From assembly GCA_000004985.1 (NCBI GenBank), contig GG738855.1: a DNA stretch of 64,000 nucleotides; one strand, 5' to 3'. The stretch comes from Naegleria gruberi. Lineage: Eukaryota. The notes under the pieces were generated by a model. The model was not told where the DNA came from, made no database searches, and saw nothing but the letters and a program-made list of their open reading frames with translations. The translations under genes and the position numbers were made by a program. Numbering within the stretch: the stretch's first letter is position 1; each line of letters opens with the position of its first letter. Below, piece after piece: positions 43,110 to 55,487 of this stretch.

Positions 43110-46100
43110 TCAACCTGTTATGGTATTATATGTGGAATTATTATTGGCTATTAGTTTGGTTGTTGGTTTGATCTTGTTTCGTCTTTCATTGAGTGATTGT
43201 TTGAAATTAATCATTTGAGAGATGAGATCCTTCTTTTGAACAACAGCTGTATGTAGTTTACGGTTCTCAAACAGATAATCTTTAACAAGTTCTCTAATTG
43301 ATTGTTCCATTTCTTTGGGTGTTTTCTGGGTACTGTCTGGGTCCATTATCTTGTGAATGATTGATTTTGAGAGTGAATACTTTAGCGATACTTCTCGTTG
43401 CATCAAATGTGCCTCTTTTGTTATGCCATCAAGCCTATTAATGGCAGAATTATTTGTAAAAAGTAGTGAGAAAACGATAACGAGTATAATAATGGTAAAG
43501 ACAACGTCTCTCATATCCCACGAAAGTTTGATACCTGGTTCAACAACTTCCTTAACAAGATACGATAAAATAGTGGAGATATAACCCATGGCTTGTTCCA
43601 TAACCATCATTAGGAAGCCCCATAATGCTGATAATAGAGGTCCTGGACTTGTTAATTGTCTTGGACGTTCATCAGTAATAGTGAGCGATGAATGAGAGGC
43701 CCCAATAACCTCTTCCGTGGTTACTGTCTCAATATTGGTTGTGAGAGGAGAAGGTGTTACTGTCTTCTTACTGGATTTGGTTTTTGGATCAAAGGTAGGA
43801 GACATATCGAGACTATTACTACTCAATGAATGAACTGGAGGAGTGATAGTTAAATGAGAAGTAGATGATTGTCCAACAGTCTTAACTCTCTTGCTCACAG
43901 GTTCATCACTTCCAACCATTGAAATTGTAGATCCATAAGTTAAGTCATCATCAGAGCTGTCAGAGAATTCATCAGAAAGTTTTCTAGGTGTTGGAGGAGG
44001 AGATGAATCTAAACACTGAGGTGGAGGTAGTAAACTGTCAAGAGGAGGCATATCCTTTGGAAAACCTCCATCCAATGACACCATTGTTGACATTACAGTT
44101 GCTTCCCATGCTTTTGACTGTTGGTCAACCCGAGTATTTCTCTTTTCTTCAACTATTGCACGAATTTGCTCTTCCATAAGATTAAGAATGAGCAAAAGTC
44201 TGTTTTTCACAGCCTTGAGCACGCTCGATTCAGTAGATTTACTTCTCCAGAAAAAAGTTCCTCCCTTGCATTGTGCAGTTCCACTGATTTGAATTTCACA
44301 TTCTTTTCTGAGGAGAAGATTGGAAGGTTTTACATCCTTGACAACATACTTGACATCGAATTGGAACATTTGGTTATTAGGTAAATCTTGGGTAGCACCA
44401 GACGTGAATAAAATGAAATATGACATTGGTATTTCATCGGCTTTCATCGTTTTGGATTGTTGTAATTTTGGAGGATTTTCCATCACTACTATCCTTTGAG
44501 TTTCTAAAATTCTTGAAGCATTCTGGGTAAAGGCACTGAAATAGTTAGGATATGAGCCTCCAACCTTGTAAGTTATACCTCTCACGGATGGAGTTCCTAT
44601 TTGGAAATCAACCCAGTCATATATTTCAATTTCTTGATCTCCAACCTTTTCATGTGCTTGTCTCAAAAAGTTTGAGTTGCTAGCAAAGAATAATTGGAAT
44701 ACCTCTGCAGCAGAAATGCCTACAAGAGGTTTAGTAACAAGGGTCTTCATTTTAGGATTCTTCTTGTCAGTTGGTTTGAAAATATCATTCACCTCAACTT
44801 GGGTATGGTTTGTGAAATTGTGTACAATCTCATCAACCATACAATCGAATTGCTCATCAAACGCTTGGGATGGAGGTTCAATAGAAAGAGTTGGAATGGC
44901 TGACTTGTCCTTCTTTTTGGATCTTCTCTTTTTTGGTTCAGTCTCATCGGCTGAATGTTCTGAGAGTGATGTTGAACCATGTCCACCATGGTCAGAAATG
45001 AATGTACGTCTTTCTTCATAATCTGACAGGTCACTATGTCCATTAGAGAAATGTTTGGAATTATCATGGTTTACAGGAGAGCTGAGGGAAATTGAACGTC
45101 TGTGTTTTGAATCAGCAGCATTGGATTTGCTTGATGGTGGAGTGAAGATTTTTCTCTCAATCAAATTATTAGCTAGGGCCTCTTCTAAAGGAGAGAGGAA
45201 TTTTTTAGAAGTGCTTGTAGAAGAATCAGAGTTTGACTGCTGATCCACAGAAACTCTCTTCTTTGAAAGGTAACTCTTTTTAAGGGTTGAAAGGGCATCT
45301 TTGGATTTGACATGTTGCAAATGATTTGTAACCTTGCCATTGGCAGTTTCCAATCTTACAACATTGAGCATATCATTAAATGTTTTGAAAGCTCTCTGGA
45401 ATGTATAGGTACTATCAAATGCAAAGAATTCATACTTCTTAATGAGTCGTATTGGAGGAGGAGAGTACTCTCCATTTCCAGTATCACTCTTCTCTGTAAC
45501 TGTCATGCACATGTTTTTCTCTGGGTTCTTTTCGATAATCTCAATGTTTGCCAGTTGAACCTCAATCATTTTTGGTAATGCCTGTCCATTAGTTGGGTAC
45601 TGATTCAAGCTCATATCAACATCAATGAGAAAGACAATTCTATTGGAAGTAAGTAGAACTGTTCCAATCAGATCCAATGCGACATCTCTTTCTTCCCTAT
45701 TACTGTCATTTGAAATTGTTACAACAATACATTTACAACCAATATTTCTACAATCCATGCAGAGAGTCTCATTAGATTTCATTATTGAAACATAATCACT
45801 CTCATCCATTACGGAATTAACATTGTTATTATTATAATTGTGCTCGCTTTTTGCTAGAAGATCATCCTTCATTGATGGATACTTTTTCATTATTGGCACT
45901 CCAACTTTTGATGATTTGGGTGGAGAAAAAGATTGTGAAAATACTACATGGTGATCATGAGAAAGATTACTATTTGGGAGAGGGCAGGAATGATGACTAA
46001 GGGAGGAAGAATATGAGGAGAGATCCTGAGAACAATTACTTTTAGATCTTGTGTGTGGTTGCTGTTGTGGCATTTGTTCTGTTGATGCTGATAATAATGA

Positions 46101-46841
46101 TTGTTGCTGTTGTTGATTGTTGTTACTGAGGAGAGAAGATATGGAATTGATACTCATAGTTCTAGGCTTTGCCTGTTGTTCAATGACCTCTATTGAGGGG
46201 GTTGTTTCAGAATTATTGCAAGAGAGTGCACGTACTCGTGTTGGACTGTTACCAATACTAGTAGTACTATCACTATTATTACTATCAATAACAATGTTTG
46301 TTATTGGTTCGATGAGTAATGTCGGATGAGAGTGTTGATGATCAAGATTCAAACACCCAACACTAGCAGAAGAGTGGAGTAGGGGTGAATGATCCTTTTT
46401 CTTTGTACTTGGATTGTGTAATTCTGTTGTTGAGGGTTTCGCATTGCGAACAGTTGTTTGTTCGCCATTCAAACCTTCCAATTCTTTGGAGGACAAGTTT
46501 GTCGGTTTCGAATGTATTGTTGCTGATTGGTTTTTTGGGTTGAGTAGTTGGGTTACATCAATATTACTTGATTCAGAATGGTGATGAGAAGGTTTTGGAG
46601 GGGTAGGAAGAGGAATTAATCTCGATGAGTTTCTTCGTGGTTTTACTCCTTGTTCAGCTTCTTGTTTTTGATTAGAGGTATTGACTGATAGAGTTGTATT
46701 AAGACCACTACTACTATTATCAGAAGAGGATTGGAGGGGTATTGATTGTGTCTCGGAGATGATGATGTTTTGTTGCTGCTCTGTCACAATAGGTGAAGGA
46801 GATGGTTGACTCATTTTTTGTTGTTTGATACTATCACCCAT
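43110..46841 (-). CDS. Large membrane-anchored protein with GRAM-like and VASt-like regions (GRAMD1/Lam sterol-transfer family candidate), C-terminal TM
   Basis: Likely start is the Met at 46841 (MGDSIKQQKMSQ); the track ORF starts upstream. Long S/N/Q/H-rich low-complexity N-terminal half. A PH/GRAM-like block (LLTSNRIVFLIDVDMS...EFFAFDS). A VASt-like block (FDCMVDE...LFFASNSNFLRQAHEKVG...YKVGGS...). A C-terminal hydrophobic segment (VVFTIIILVIVFSLLF). Confidence 0.5.
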   Translation of the reverse strand: MGDSIKQQKMSQPSPSPIVTEQQQNIIISETQSIPLQSSSDNSSSGLNTTLSVNTSNQKQEAEQGVKPRRNSSRLIPLPTPPKPSHHHSESSNIDVTQLLNPKNQSATIHSKPTNLSSKELEGLNGEQTTVRNAKPSTTELHNPSTKKKDHSPLLHSSASVGCLNLDHQHSHPTLLIEPITNIVIDSNNSDSTTSIGNSPTRVRALSCNNSETTPSIEVIEQQAKPRTMSINSISSLLSNNNQQQQQSLLSASTEQMPQQQPHTRSKSNCSQDLSSYSSSLSHHSCPLPNSNLSHDHHVVFSQSFSPPKSSKVGVPIMKKYPSMKDDLLAKSEHNYNNNNVNSVMDESDYVSIMKSNETLCMDCRNIGCKCIVVTISNDSNREERDVALDLIGTVLLTSNRIVFLIDVDMSLNQYPTNGQALPKMIEVQLANIEIIEKNPEKNMCMTVTEKSDTGNGEYSPPPIRLIKKYEFFAFDSTYTFQRAFKTFNDMLNVVRLETANGKVTNHLQHVKSKDALSTLKKSYLSKKRVSVDQQSNSDSSTSTSKKFLSPLEEALANNLIERKIFTPPSSKSNAADSKHRRSISLSSPVNHDNSKHFSNGHSDLSDYEERRTFISDHGGHGSTSLSEHSADETEPKKRRSKKKDKSAIPTLSIEPPSQAFDEQFDCMVDEIVHNFTNHTQVEVNDIFKPTDKKNPKMKTLVTKPLVGISAAEVFQLFFASNSNFLRQAHEKVGDQEIEIYDWVDFQIGTPSVRGITYKVGGSYPNYFSAFTQNASRILETQRIVVMENPPKLQQSKTMKADEIPMSYFILFTSGATQDLPNNQMFQFDVKYVVKDVKPSNLLLRKECEIQISGTAQCKGGTFFWRSKSTESSVLKAVKNRLLLILNLMEEQIRAIVEEKRNTRVDQQSKAWEATVMSTMVSLDGGFPKDMPPLDSLLPPPQCLDSSPPPTPRKLSDEFSDSSDDDLTYGSTISMVGSDEPVSKRVKTVGQSSTSHLTITPPVHSLSSNSLDMSPTFDPKTKSSKKTVTPSPLTTNIETVTTEEVIGASHSSLTITDERPRQLTSPGPLLSALWGFLMMVMEQAMGYISTILSYLVKEVVEPGIKLSWDMRDVVFTIIILVIVFSLLFTNNSAINRLDGITKEAHLMQREVSLKYSLSKSIIHKIMDPDSTQKTPKEMEQSIRELVKDYLFENRKLHTAVVQKKDLISQMINFKQSLNERRNKIKPTTKLIANNNSTYNTITG

Positions 46842-46903
46842 CAAGATGATGAATATAATGAAGTACTTCAAATATATTTGAAGAGGATGTCCTACATGTT
46901 TAA

Positions 46904-48384
<1,481 letters not shown>

Positions 48385-48407
48385 TTTATTTGTAATATAC
48401 ACAGAGT

Positions 48408-48964
48408 TTAGAAACAACAGTCACAACTAATTCAAAATTTTGAATAAAAATATAATTGAAAAAAAACACTTACTCGAATGGACACAGGTCAGTATTTCCT
48501 CCTCTTCCAATTTTAAGCTCATCAGCTTGATAAACAATCAAACCATCAATTGTCTTTTTTCCTTGTCTCTTATTTTGACTTGCAAAATCTTCATTACTTT
48601 CGAAAAGGTCATCTGCTGAAGTACTAGATGAAGCAGCAGCTTGTTTGGCCTCTTCTTTCTTTTTCAATTTTTCAATTTTTCTATTCTCCTTAATTTCAGT
48701 CTTTACATTTTCAAAAATATCATCAATTTTCTCCACCTTTTTCTTTTCTACATTTTCCGATTTCTTTTCTACTTTCTTTTCTTGTTTTTCCGATACTTTC
48801 TTTGAATTGTTATTATTTGTTTTTTGAGTATTTATAGTCTCCTTCAATTTTTCCTTCTTCTTTTTATCGGTTGCATTTGCTGCAATCGGATTAGTTTGCA
48901 TCTTCTTTTGTTTTTCCACCTTTTTAATTTTATCCAATAGTCCACCTTTCTTGTTGTTAGCCAT
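48408..48964 (-). CDS. Lysine-rich DUF1764-like protein, 2 exons complement(join(48408..48426,48473..48964))
   Basis: The 5' exon ends ...GGNTDLCPF(D) with GA|GTAAGT. The 46-nt intron ends aattAG. The 19-nt terminal exon supplies ...DCDCCF*, giving the conserved C-terminal KIGRGGNTDLCPFDCDCCF. The rest is a K/E-rich low-complexity region. Confidence 0.6.
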
Positions 48965-49045
48965 TTTTTTTCAATTCAATTTTGAATGTTCGTTTTAGTA
49001 ATAATAATTGAAGTTGTTACAAGAAAACAATCAAACTTAAAAAAA

Positions 49046-49573
49046 ATGTCTGTTACACTGCAAACCAATCTCGGAAATATTAAAATTGAATTATTCTGTG
49101 AGCAGTGCCCAAAAACTTGTAAAAACTTTTTAGCATTGTGTGCTTCTGGATATTATAATAATTCAATTTTTCATCGTAATGTTCCGAAATTTATTATTCA
49201 AGGAGGTGATCCAGAAGGAACAGGAAAGGGAGGAAAATCAATTTATGGCAAATTCTTTGAAGATGAATTTAGTGAAGAATTAATACATGGAGATAGAGGA
49301 TTTGTAGGAATGGCCAACCGATCAAAGCCTAATACAAATTCTAGTCAATTTTATTTTACATACGAACCACAACCACAACTCAACAATCAGTGTACAGTTT
49401 TTGGGAAGATTATTGATGGACTAAAAGTTTTGGATAAGATGGAAGCTATTCCTGTGGATGGTAAATATAAACCTGTTCAGGAAATTAAAATTCTTGATGT
49501 ACATATTCATTCGAATCCGATTGCAGTTTTTAGTGATATTGTGGATAATGGAAAAGTCAATAATAACAAGTAA
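49046..49573 (+). CDS. PPIL3: Cyclophilin-type peptidyl-prolyl cis-trans isomerase (PPIL3-like)
   Basis: MSVTLQTNLGNIKIELFCEQCPKTCKNFLALCASGYYNNSIFHRNVPKFIIQGGDP...GFVGMANRSKPNTNSSQFYFTY matches PPIL3. Start is the internal Met at 49046 (aaaaaATGtct). Confidence 0.88.
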   Translation: MSVTLQTNLGNIKIELFCEQCPKTCKNFLALCASGYYNNSIFHRNVPKFIIQGGDPEGTGKGGKSIYGKFFEDEFSEELIHGDRGFVGMANRSKPNTNSSQFYFTYEPQPQLNNQCTVFGKIIDGLKVLDKMEAIPVDGKYKPVQEIKILDVHIHSNPIAVFSDIVDNGKVNNNK

Positions 49574-49684
49574 ATTATATTTGTGGAAATACTGTATTAT
49601 TCGATAACATGTAGACAACAAATAGATCTGTAAATAATTAACAGTGCTCTAGAAGAAAAACATCAAGTTTCCTAGGAAAATAAA

Positions 49685-50831
49685 TTATTCATCTTGTTGT
49701 TCTGCCAAGTATGAGTACATGTATTTGTAATTCTTATCTTCAGTGTAGGAGGCATATTGATTTTCCTTAGAAATCAAAGGTAGATCAACACTATGGTAGA
49801 GGACTGCAGAATTTTTAGTGTTATATCCAACATCAAAATTACTCCACAATAAGGCCTTTCGTTCTTCTTCACTTCTTCTAAAGTATTCTCTCACAGAATC
49901 TCTGATTACTGATTGTACATAGTTGAGTGGAGCCAACTTGTAATAGTCCTCCAAGTTAACCCATTTGCACCTACTGAGCTCTCTCTCATCCATTGTAATC
50001 TTTCTACTCTTGGCTTTCAATAAACACAAAAAGTAAAAATCAGATTTTCCAAATCTAAAGCCAAACATGTGACGGAAACCAAATATGCCAACAAACTCAG
50101 CCTTTACTCCAGTTTCTTCAAAAACTTCTCTGATAGCACCATCTCCGATATGTTCATCTGGATTATCAACACTTCCACCTGGTACTTTCCAATGATAATC
50201 ATCTGTAGCTCCTTTTGGCTTTCTCATTTGGTGTCTTTCACAACAGAGCAAAATTTGATTTTTGGCAAAGTCAATAACAATACCTCCTGAGATTATTTTC
50301 AACATTAAAATTTCAATAATAAATGATTTAAATAATGAATATATGAAGAAATGAAAACATACCTGCACCAACATAGTGTTGACAATATCTTGGAATTTTG
50401 TTTGTGTCAACTGGGTTGTATACATCAGGCAACCATCTTGTCAACATGAGCAAGTCTCCATCAGTGTGATGAAGTTTAAATTCGAATTTTTTCAATAATA
50501 TTGGAATATATTCGGAATAATCTGTATGAACATAAACCCAAACACCTCTTCTCTTCTTATGAATCCAATATTGAATTGAATTTTTCATCAACTCTTCAAA
50601 ATTATCAATTACCGCATCAAGTGTAACATTCACTCCTGAATATCTATCCCAATTACCATTCACTATTTCTAGAGATTGTTCATTGTTTTCTTCTTTAATT
50701 TTGACAGTTTCAATTCGGAAGGAAAATTTAGGTCTATTATCACCTTCACCACATGTTGTTGCTATTGTAATAGAGGTGCTATTGTTAATTTCACTGTGGG
50801 AAGCAGTGGTAGGGTTATTGTTTGCAATCAT
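49685..50831 (-). CDS. Nudix hydrolase with N-terminal accessory domain (NUDT6-like), 2 exons complement(join(49685..50286,50363..50831))
   Basis: The 5' exon ends ...HYVGAG with G|GTATGT. The 76-nt intron ends tctcAG. The 3' exon carries the Nudix box GDGAIREVFEETGV (GX5EX7REUXEEXGU). Confidence 0.8.
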
Positions 50832-51102
50832 TTTTTTGATCTTATTGCTTCTAGAATAATAATAGATGGCAACACCTAAAGACTCAGTTCAGAATTGAAT
50901 TATTCTTCACATTCCCAGAGAGAATGAGAAGAAAATAGAATTTTGAACAAGAGTGAAAAATTGTTCATTTGAGAAATGAGAAAATCAGAGAATCCAATTT
51001 CGCAATACGAAAGTAGAATACATAGAATAAAACTGTAGATGATTAATTACAATTACAATGAAGATTTAAGACAATATTATTATTAAAATTATTTAAAGAA
51101 AA

Positions 51103-52617
51103 ATGAACAATATCACATCATCATCAACCTATTCGGGAAGACGATTAGTTGGATTAATTTCAATCCTCAAGACAACAAGGTTTTTCCGATCATCATCAAC
51201 ACCATTATCATCCTCCAAAACAATAATAGGAATAAATCAAAATTATCATACATTTGAATTTAAATTAAATACGACCTATGGCCAACAACAACAATATAAT
51301 TATCATACCTCTGTAATTCATAATTTGACCAATGATGCCAATAGTATGAAACGATATTTGGCAAAGAAGAAGACAAGTGTGGAGGCCTTGATCGCATCTA
51401 GCAAAATAACAGACGCTCTGAAATTATTCTATGAATCATCATCACCAAAACGTAGAGATGCAGAGCGTTTGATACTTTCCGAAAGTTTATCCTTTGAAGA
51501 GATCTTGGCTGTCTATTATCATATTAAACAGAAATGTGGAATTGATGAGAAGATTATTGCTGCCATGTTAAGTGTCGGTAAAGACAGAAAGTATCCTGAG
51601 AGGGACAAAATTCTCGATGATATATATGATTATATCATGTCTCTCCCATTAGGAGAGAAGAATAGTATGAATGCATTCAAATGGAATACTATTCTTTTTC
51701 AATTTAGTGATGAATCTTCAATCTTCAATACTCAGAGAGCTTTGAATTTATTGAATAGATCGGATGAATTTGGAGCTACTCCATCAAAATATGTTATTGG
51801 ACGCTTACTTCTTGCTTGTACCAATAGTGAAATGTACAAGTCAGTTATTGATATATTTTCCAAATTGGAAAAGTATCACATTAAGCCAGATATTATTCAT
51901 TACCATTATTATATCAAAGCATTGGCCAAGATGAAATATGTAAGCCTTGCCTTGGATACTGTTAAAAAGATGGAATCTCTAAACCTCAAACCAGATGGTT
52001 TTATTTACTCTACTCTCATATCAATGTGTGGAGAGATGAAACAAATAGATATCGGAAAGCAACTTCACAAAACTGTAAAGGAGAAGGGATTGTCTAATAT
52101 TTACATCAACACCTCACTCATACACATGTATTGTGGATTTGGTATGCTTGATGAAGCTTCTGAAATATTTTACAATCTGGAGAAGAAGGATCTTGCAGCT
52201 TGGAATGCCATTATTCATGGCTATGGAACAAATAATCAACCTCAGAGATCCCTTGAGCTCTTCCAAGAAATGCAAGAGCTCAAAGTTGCACCAGACAATC
52301 AAACATTTGTTTGTCTCTTGGATGCATGTAGTGTTGGAGGACTTTTAGTTGAAGGTTTCCAAATGTTTAGATCTATGGAAAGAGAATACCATATTATACC
52401 CGACATTAGACATTATGGTTGCATGATAAAACTACTGCTACATGAAAATGAGTATCATTTGTGCTTGCAACTTTTCAAAGAAATGAAGAGTAAAAAGATT
52501 GAGACCGATCAAACCATTCAAAAGTTAGTTTTAAAGAAGATGCAAGATGATCCAGAAGCCGAAGAATTGCTTGCTTTTATGGATTCTGCAGAAAATTTTC
52601 ACAAGGGAGAAGCATAG
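51103..52617 (+). CDS. Pentatricopeptide-repeat protein with plant-like PLS/E-type C-terminal repeats, probably mitochondrial
   Basis: Presequence-like N-terminus, then P-type PPRs, then ...NTSLIHMYCGFGMLDEASEIFYNLEKKDLAAWNAIIHGYGTNNQPQRSLELFQEMQELKVAPDNQTFVCLLDACSVGGLLVEGFQMFRSMEREYHIIPDIRHYGCMIKLL. This copies the plant PLS-class S2-L2 consensus (WNAMISGY...ALELFKEM...PD..TFVSVL.ACS..GLVEEG..YF.SM...Y.I.P...HYGCMVDLL). No DYW domain. Confidence 0.75.
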   Translation: MNNITSSSTYSGRRLVGLISILKTTRFFRSSSTPLSSSKTIIGINQNYHTFEFKLNTTYGQQQQYNYHTSVIHNLTNDANSMKRYLAKKKTSVEALIASSKITDALKLFYESSSPKRRDAERLILSESLSFEEILAVYYHIKQKCGIDEKIIAAMLSVGKDRKYPERDKILDDIYDYIMSLPLGEKNSMNAFKWNTILFQFSDESSIFNTQRALNLLNRSDEFGATPSKYVIGRLLLACTNSEMYKSVIDIFSKLEKYHIKPDIIHYHYYIKALAKMKYVSLALDTVKKMESLNLKPDGFIYSTLISMCGEMKQIDIGKQLHKTVKEKGLSNIYINTSLIHMYCGFGMLDEASEIFYNLEKKDLAAWNAIIHGYGTNNQPQRSLELFQEMQELKVAPDNQTFVCLLDACSVGGLLVEGFQMFRSMEREYHIIPDIRHYGCMIKLLLHENEYHLCLQLFKEMKSKKIETDQTIQKLVLKKMQDDPEAEELLAFMDSAENFHKGEA

Positions 52618-52698
52618 GGTGTATTTAAATTTATTAAGGCGAAGCTGTAATAATCCCGATTACAGTTGTTATTAATTATATAAATAATACAAGAAAAA

Positions 52699-55320
52699 AT
52701 GTCCTCAAAACCTATATTACTCACCATCAAGGTTCTTGGAGGAGAGTCTGTAAAAAAGATTGCCATCAACCCTGATGAAACTGTACAACAATTATTTGAC
52801 AAACTTTGCGAAAAGTTAAATATTACTGAAACGAAGTATTTTGGAATTTGCGAACAAATCTTTGATGATCTTAACGCACCTCTTGGTAAGTGTTTGATTT
52901 GATGGATCTAAAGACTGTACTAACACAACATTAGATCGTTTCTTGGACTTTGAAAAGACTGTGGAGGCTGAAGGAGTAACTGAATTATCAGAGCTTAAAT
53001 TTCAGGTTAAACATATCAAAAGACCTAAAGCATTCTCAGATCCTATTGCTGAGGAGTTATTCTTCAAGCAAATTCAATCTAATATTGTAAATGAAGTATA
53101 TCCATGCCCTGAAAAACTTGCAGTACTTCTTGCATCACTCACTGTACAAATACTATTCGGTAATCATAATGCTAGTAAGCACCGAGTTGGTTACTTGAAG
53201 TAAGTACCTTTTTATTTAATTGGATCTTCTAATTTTAGTATAGTAAGGTGGGATTGAACGTTTTTCTCCCTAGAACAGTCTCAAGGCATGATTATGCTTA
53301 CTGGCAAGAACGTTTATTCAACTTGCACACATTACATGACGGTCTCACAAAGAGAGAAGCCATGAGAAAATATATTGACACAGCCTCAACAATACCTTAT
53401 TTCGGAATGTCCTTCTTTGAAGTTAAGGATGATGGAAGTACAGAATTACTTCTTGGAGTGTCTGAGGATGGAGTCTTTTTCTTCAATTCACAAAATTTAA
53501 AGCTTGTACACTCAGTCCCATTCGAAATTATCTCTTCCTGGCAAATAACTGATGATGGAGTTGATGTATCTTTTGAAGAAAAAGAAGAAAGCCACACTAT
53601 TTCAATTGTAACAACACCACTCAAACAACAAATGATTCTTTCATTGATTGATGAATATTATGCACTCTTGCCAGAGAGTTATAAGAGCGATCAAAAGAAG
53701 CCAAACAATTCTAAGCCATTCTTGTTGAATGATTCTAAGATGTATTTAGATCCTGTACAAAGGGTTTTCCTAGGTAGATTTGGAAGTAGATTAGAGTATC
53801 TCAAGGGATATTATATGGAATGTTGTGCTTTGGGAAAGGAAGTTCCTGTCAGAAAATTCTGCCATGCCATTGACAAAATAATAGATCAAGAACAGGTTTA
53901 CAAAGATGTTGATCTCTCCAAGTCAAGTATTACTGATAGTAATGTCACCATTTTTACAAAGTCATTCCTAAAGGCTTTAGAATACAAGCCAGAAAAGAGT
54001 TTCCCATGGAAAGAGAATGTTGATATTGAAACAATCAATATGGAAGGAAACAATATTAAGAATGGTCTTTCATGTGTTTTAGACTTGTTGAGACAATTAA
54101 AGAAACTCAAGAGTTTTAACCTTTCTGGATCCCCAATTGGGGATGATGGAACTGTTGATCTCTCACAATCTTTAACAGTTGCTTCCGATATTAGATCTCT
54201 TAGTTTAAATGATTGCCGTATTGGAAATAAGGGTTTACAATCATTATTTGAAACCCTCAAGTGGAAAAAGAATCTTACTGTCCTAGATATTGGAAGAAAT
54301 GATTTCAATGGGCAACACATGTTAGATTTTGGAAAGTTTTTGGAAGGCAATTTATCTATTGTTGAATTGAATCTTTCCAACAATGCCAGTATTGATCAAA
54401 AAGGTCTCGAAACCTTATTAAAGTCTTTGGAAAATAACAAGAGATTGCAAATTTTGGATTTGAGTGGTATCAATATTGGACCAAAGGGAGGAGTCAAAGT
54501 AGCAGGACTTTTAGAGGTTAATCATAATATTAAATCTCTCACGCTAAGAGATACTAAGATTGGAACAGATGCCTTCTTGAAAATTGGAAGAGCCTGTAGA
54601 ACAAATTTTATAATTGAAAGCCTCGATCTAGGAAACAATCAAATTGGTAAAGGGGCAGACAAACCAACTGCTAAGGAAGCTTGTTTATTCTTAACTCAAC
54701 CAAATACTGGTATTAAGAAATTAATTCTTGATGACAATCAATTAGACTATGGATTTGGTGAGATGATTTCAGAGTGTTTGATAAACAACAAGACGCTTGA
54801 ATATCTCAATATTTCAGGAAATAACATTACTAAGAATGGATCCATTCATGAAAACTGGGGAGAGTCTATTAGAAAGTGTCAAATTAAGCACCTCAATTTT
54901 TCAAGATGCTCCCTCAAATCTGCAGCATATTTGGATATTCTTTCATCAGCTTCTTATAATCAAGGTGTTCAAGAGTTGATTTTATCTGAAAATGAGCCTA
55001 GGGAAGGTCTAAAAGGTGTGGAAGCCTTCTTGGCTAAATCACAAGTCAAACTTCTCGATTTGAGAAAAGTCAAAATGAATGATAATGTTTTCAACAAGAT
55101 TGGACTTGCACTTCAGGGTAATTCCTGTTTAGAAACTTTGGATGTCTCTGAGAATGAAATTACCAAAGATGGAGCATTGGATTTCCTCAATAACTTCTCC
55201 AACAAGAATTCTACACTTAAAACTCTAGTATTGAAATTTAATCCAATCCCAGAATCTGAAAGAGCCAATGTTGCTAAAGCCATTCTCGATCAAACTTGTA
55301 TTGAAAATGTTACCTTGTAA
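52699..55320 (+). CDS. FERM-domain + ribonuclease-inhibitor-like LRR protein, 3 exons join(52699..52885,52935..53199,53244..55320)
   Basis: Exon 1 is the ubiquitin-like F1 lobe. Exon 2 is the F2 lobe (FKQIQSNIVNEVYPCPEKLAVLLASLTVQILFGNH). Exon 3 is the PH-like F3 lobe (PYFGMSFFEVKDDGS...LLGVSEDGV.FF), followed by at least 12 RNI-type LRRs (LxxLxLsxNxIgdxG). Introns are G|GTAAGT..ttAG and AA|GTAAGT..tatAG. Confidence 0.7.
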
Positions 55321-55487
55321 CTTGTTAAATAAAAACTTAAGCGAACTGGCGTTTTCCACCACCAAATTAATAACAAACCAACGACGCACCGCCTCTATTT
55401 TAAAAAATTCAAAAAAATCTATTAAAAATACCTCATCACCAAAACTTCGTCATCATCAAGTAAATTAATTGCAGAATTTTATTAGCA

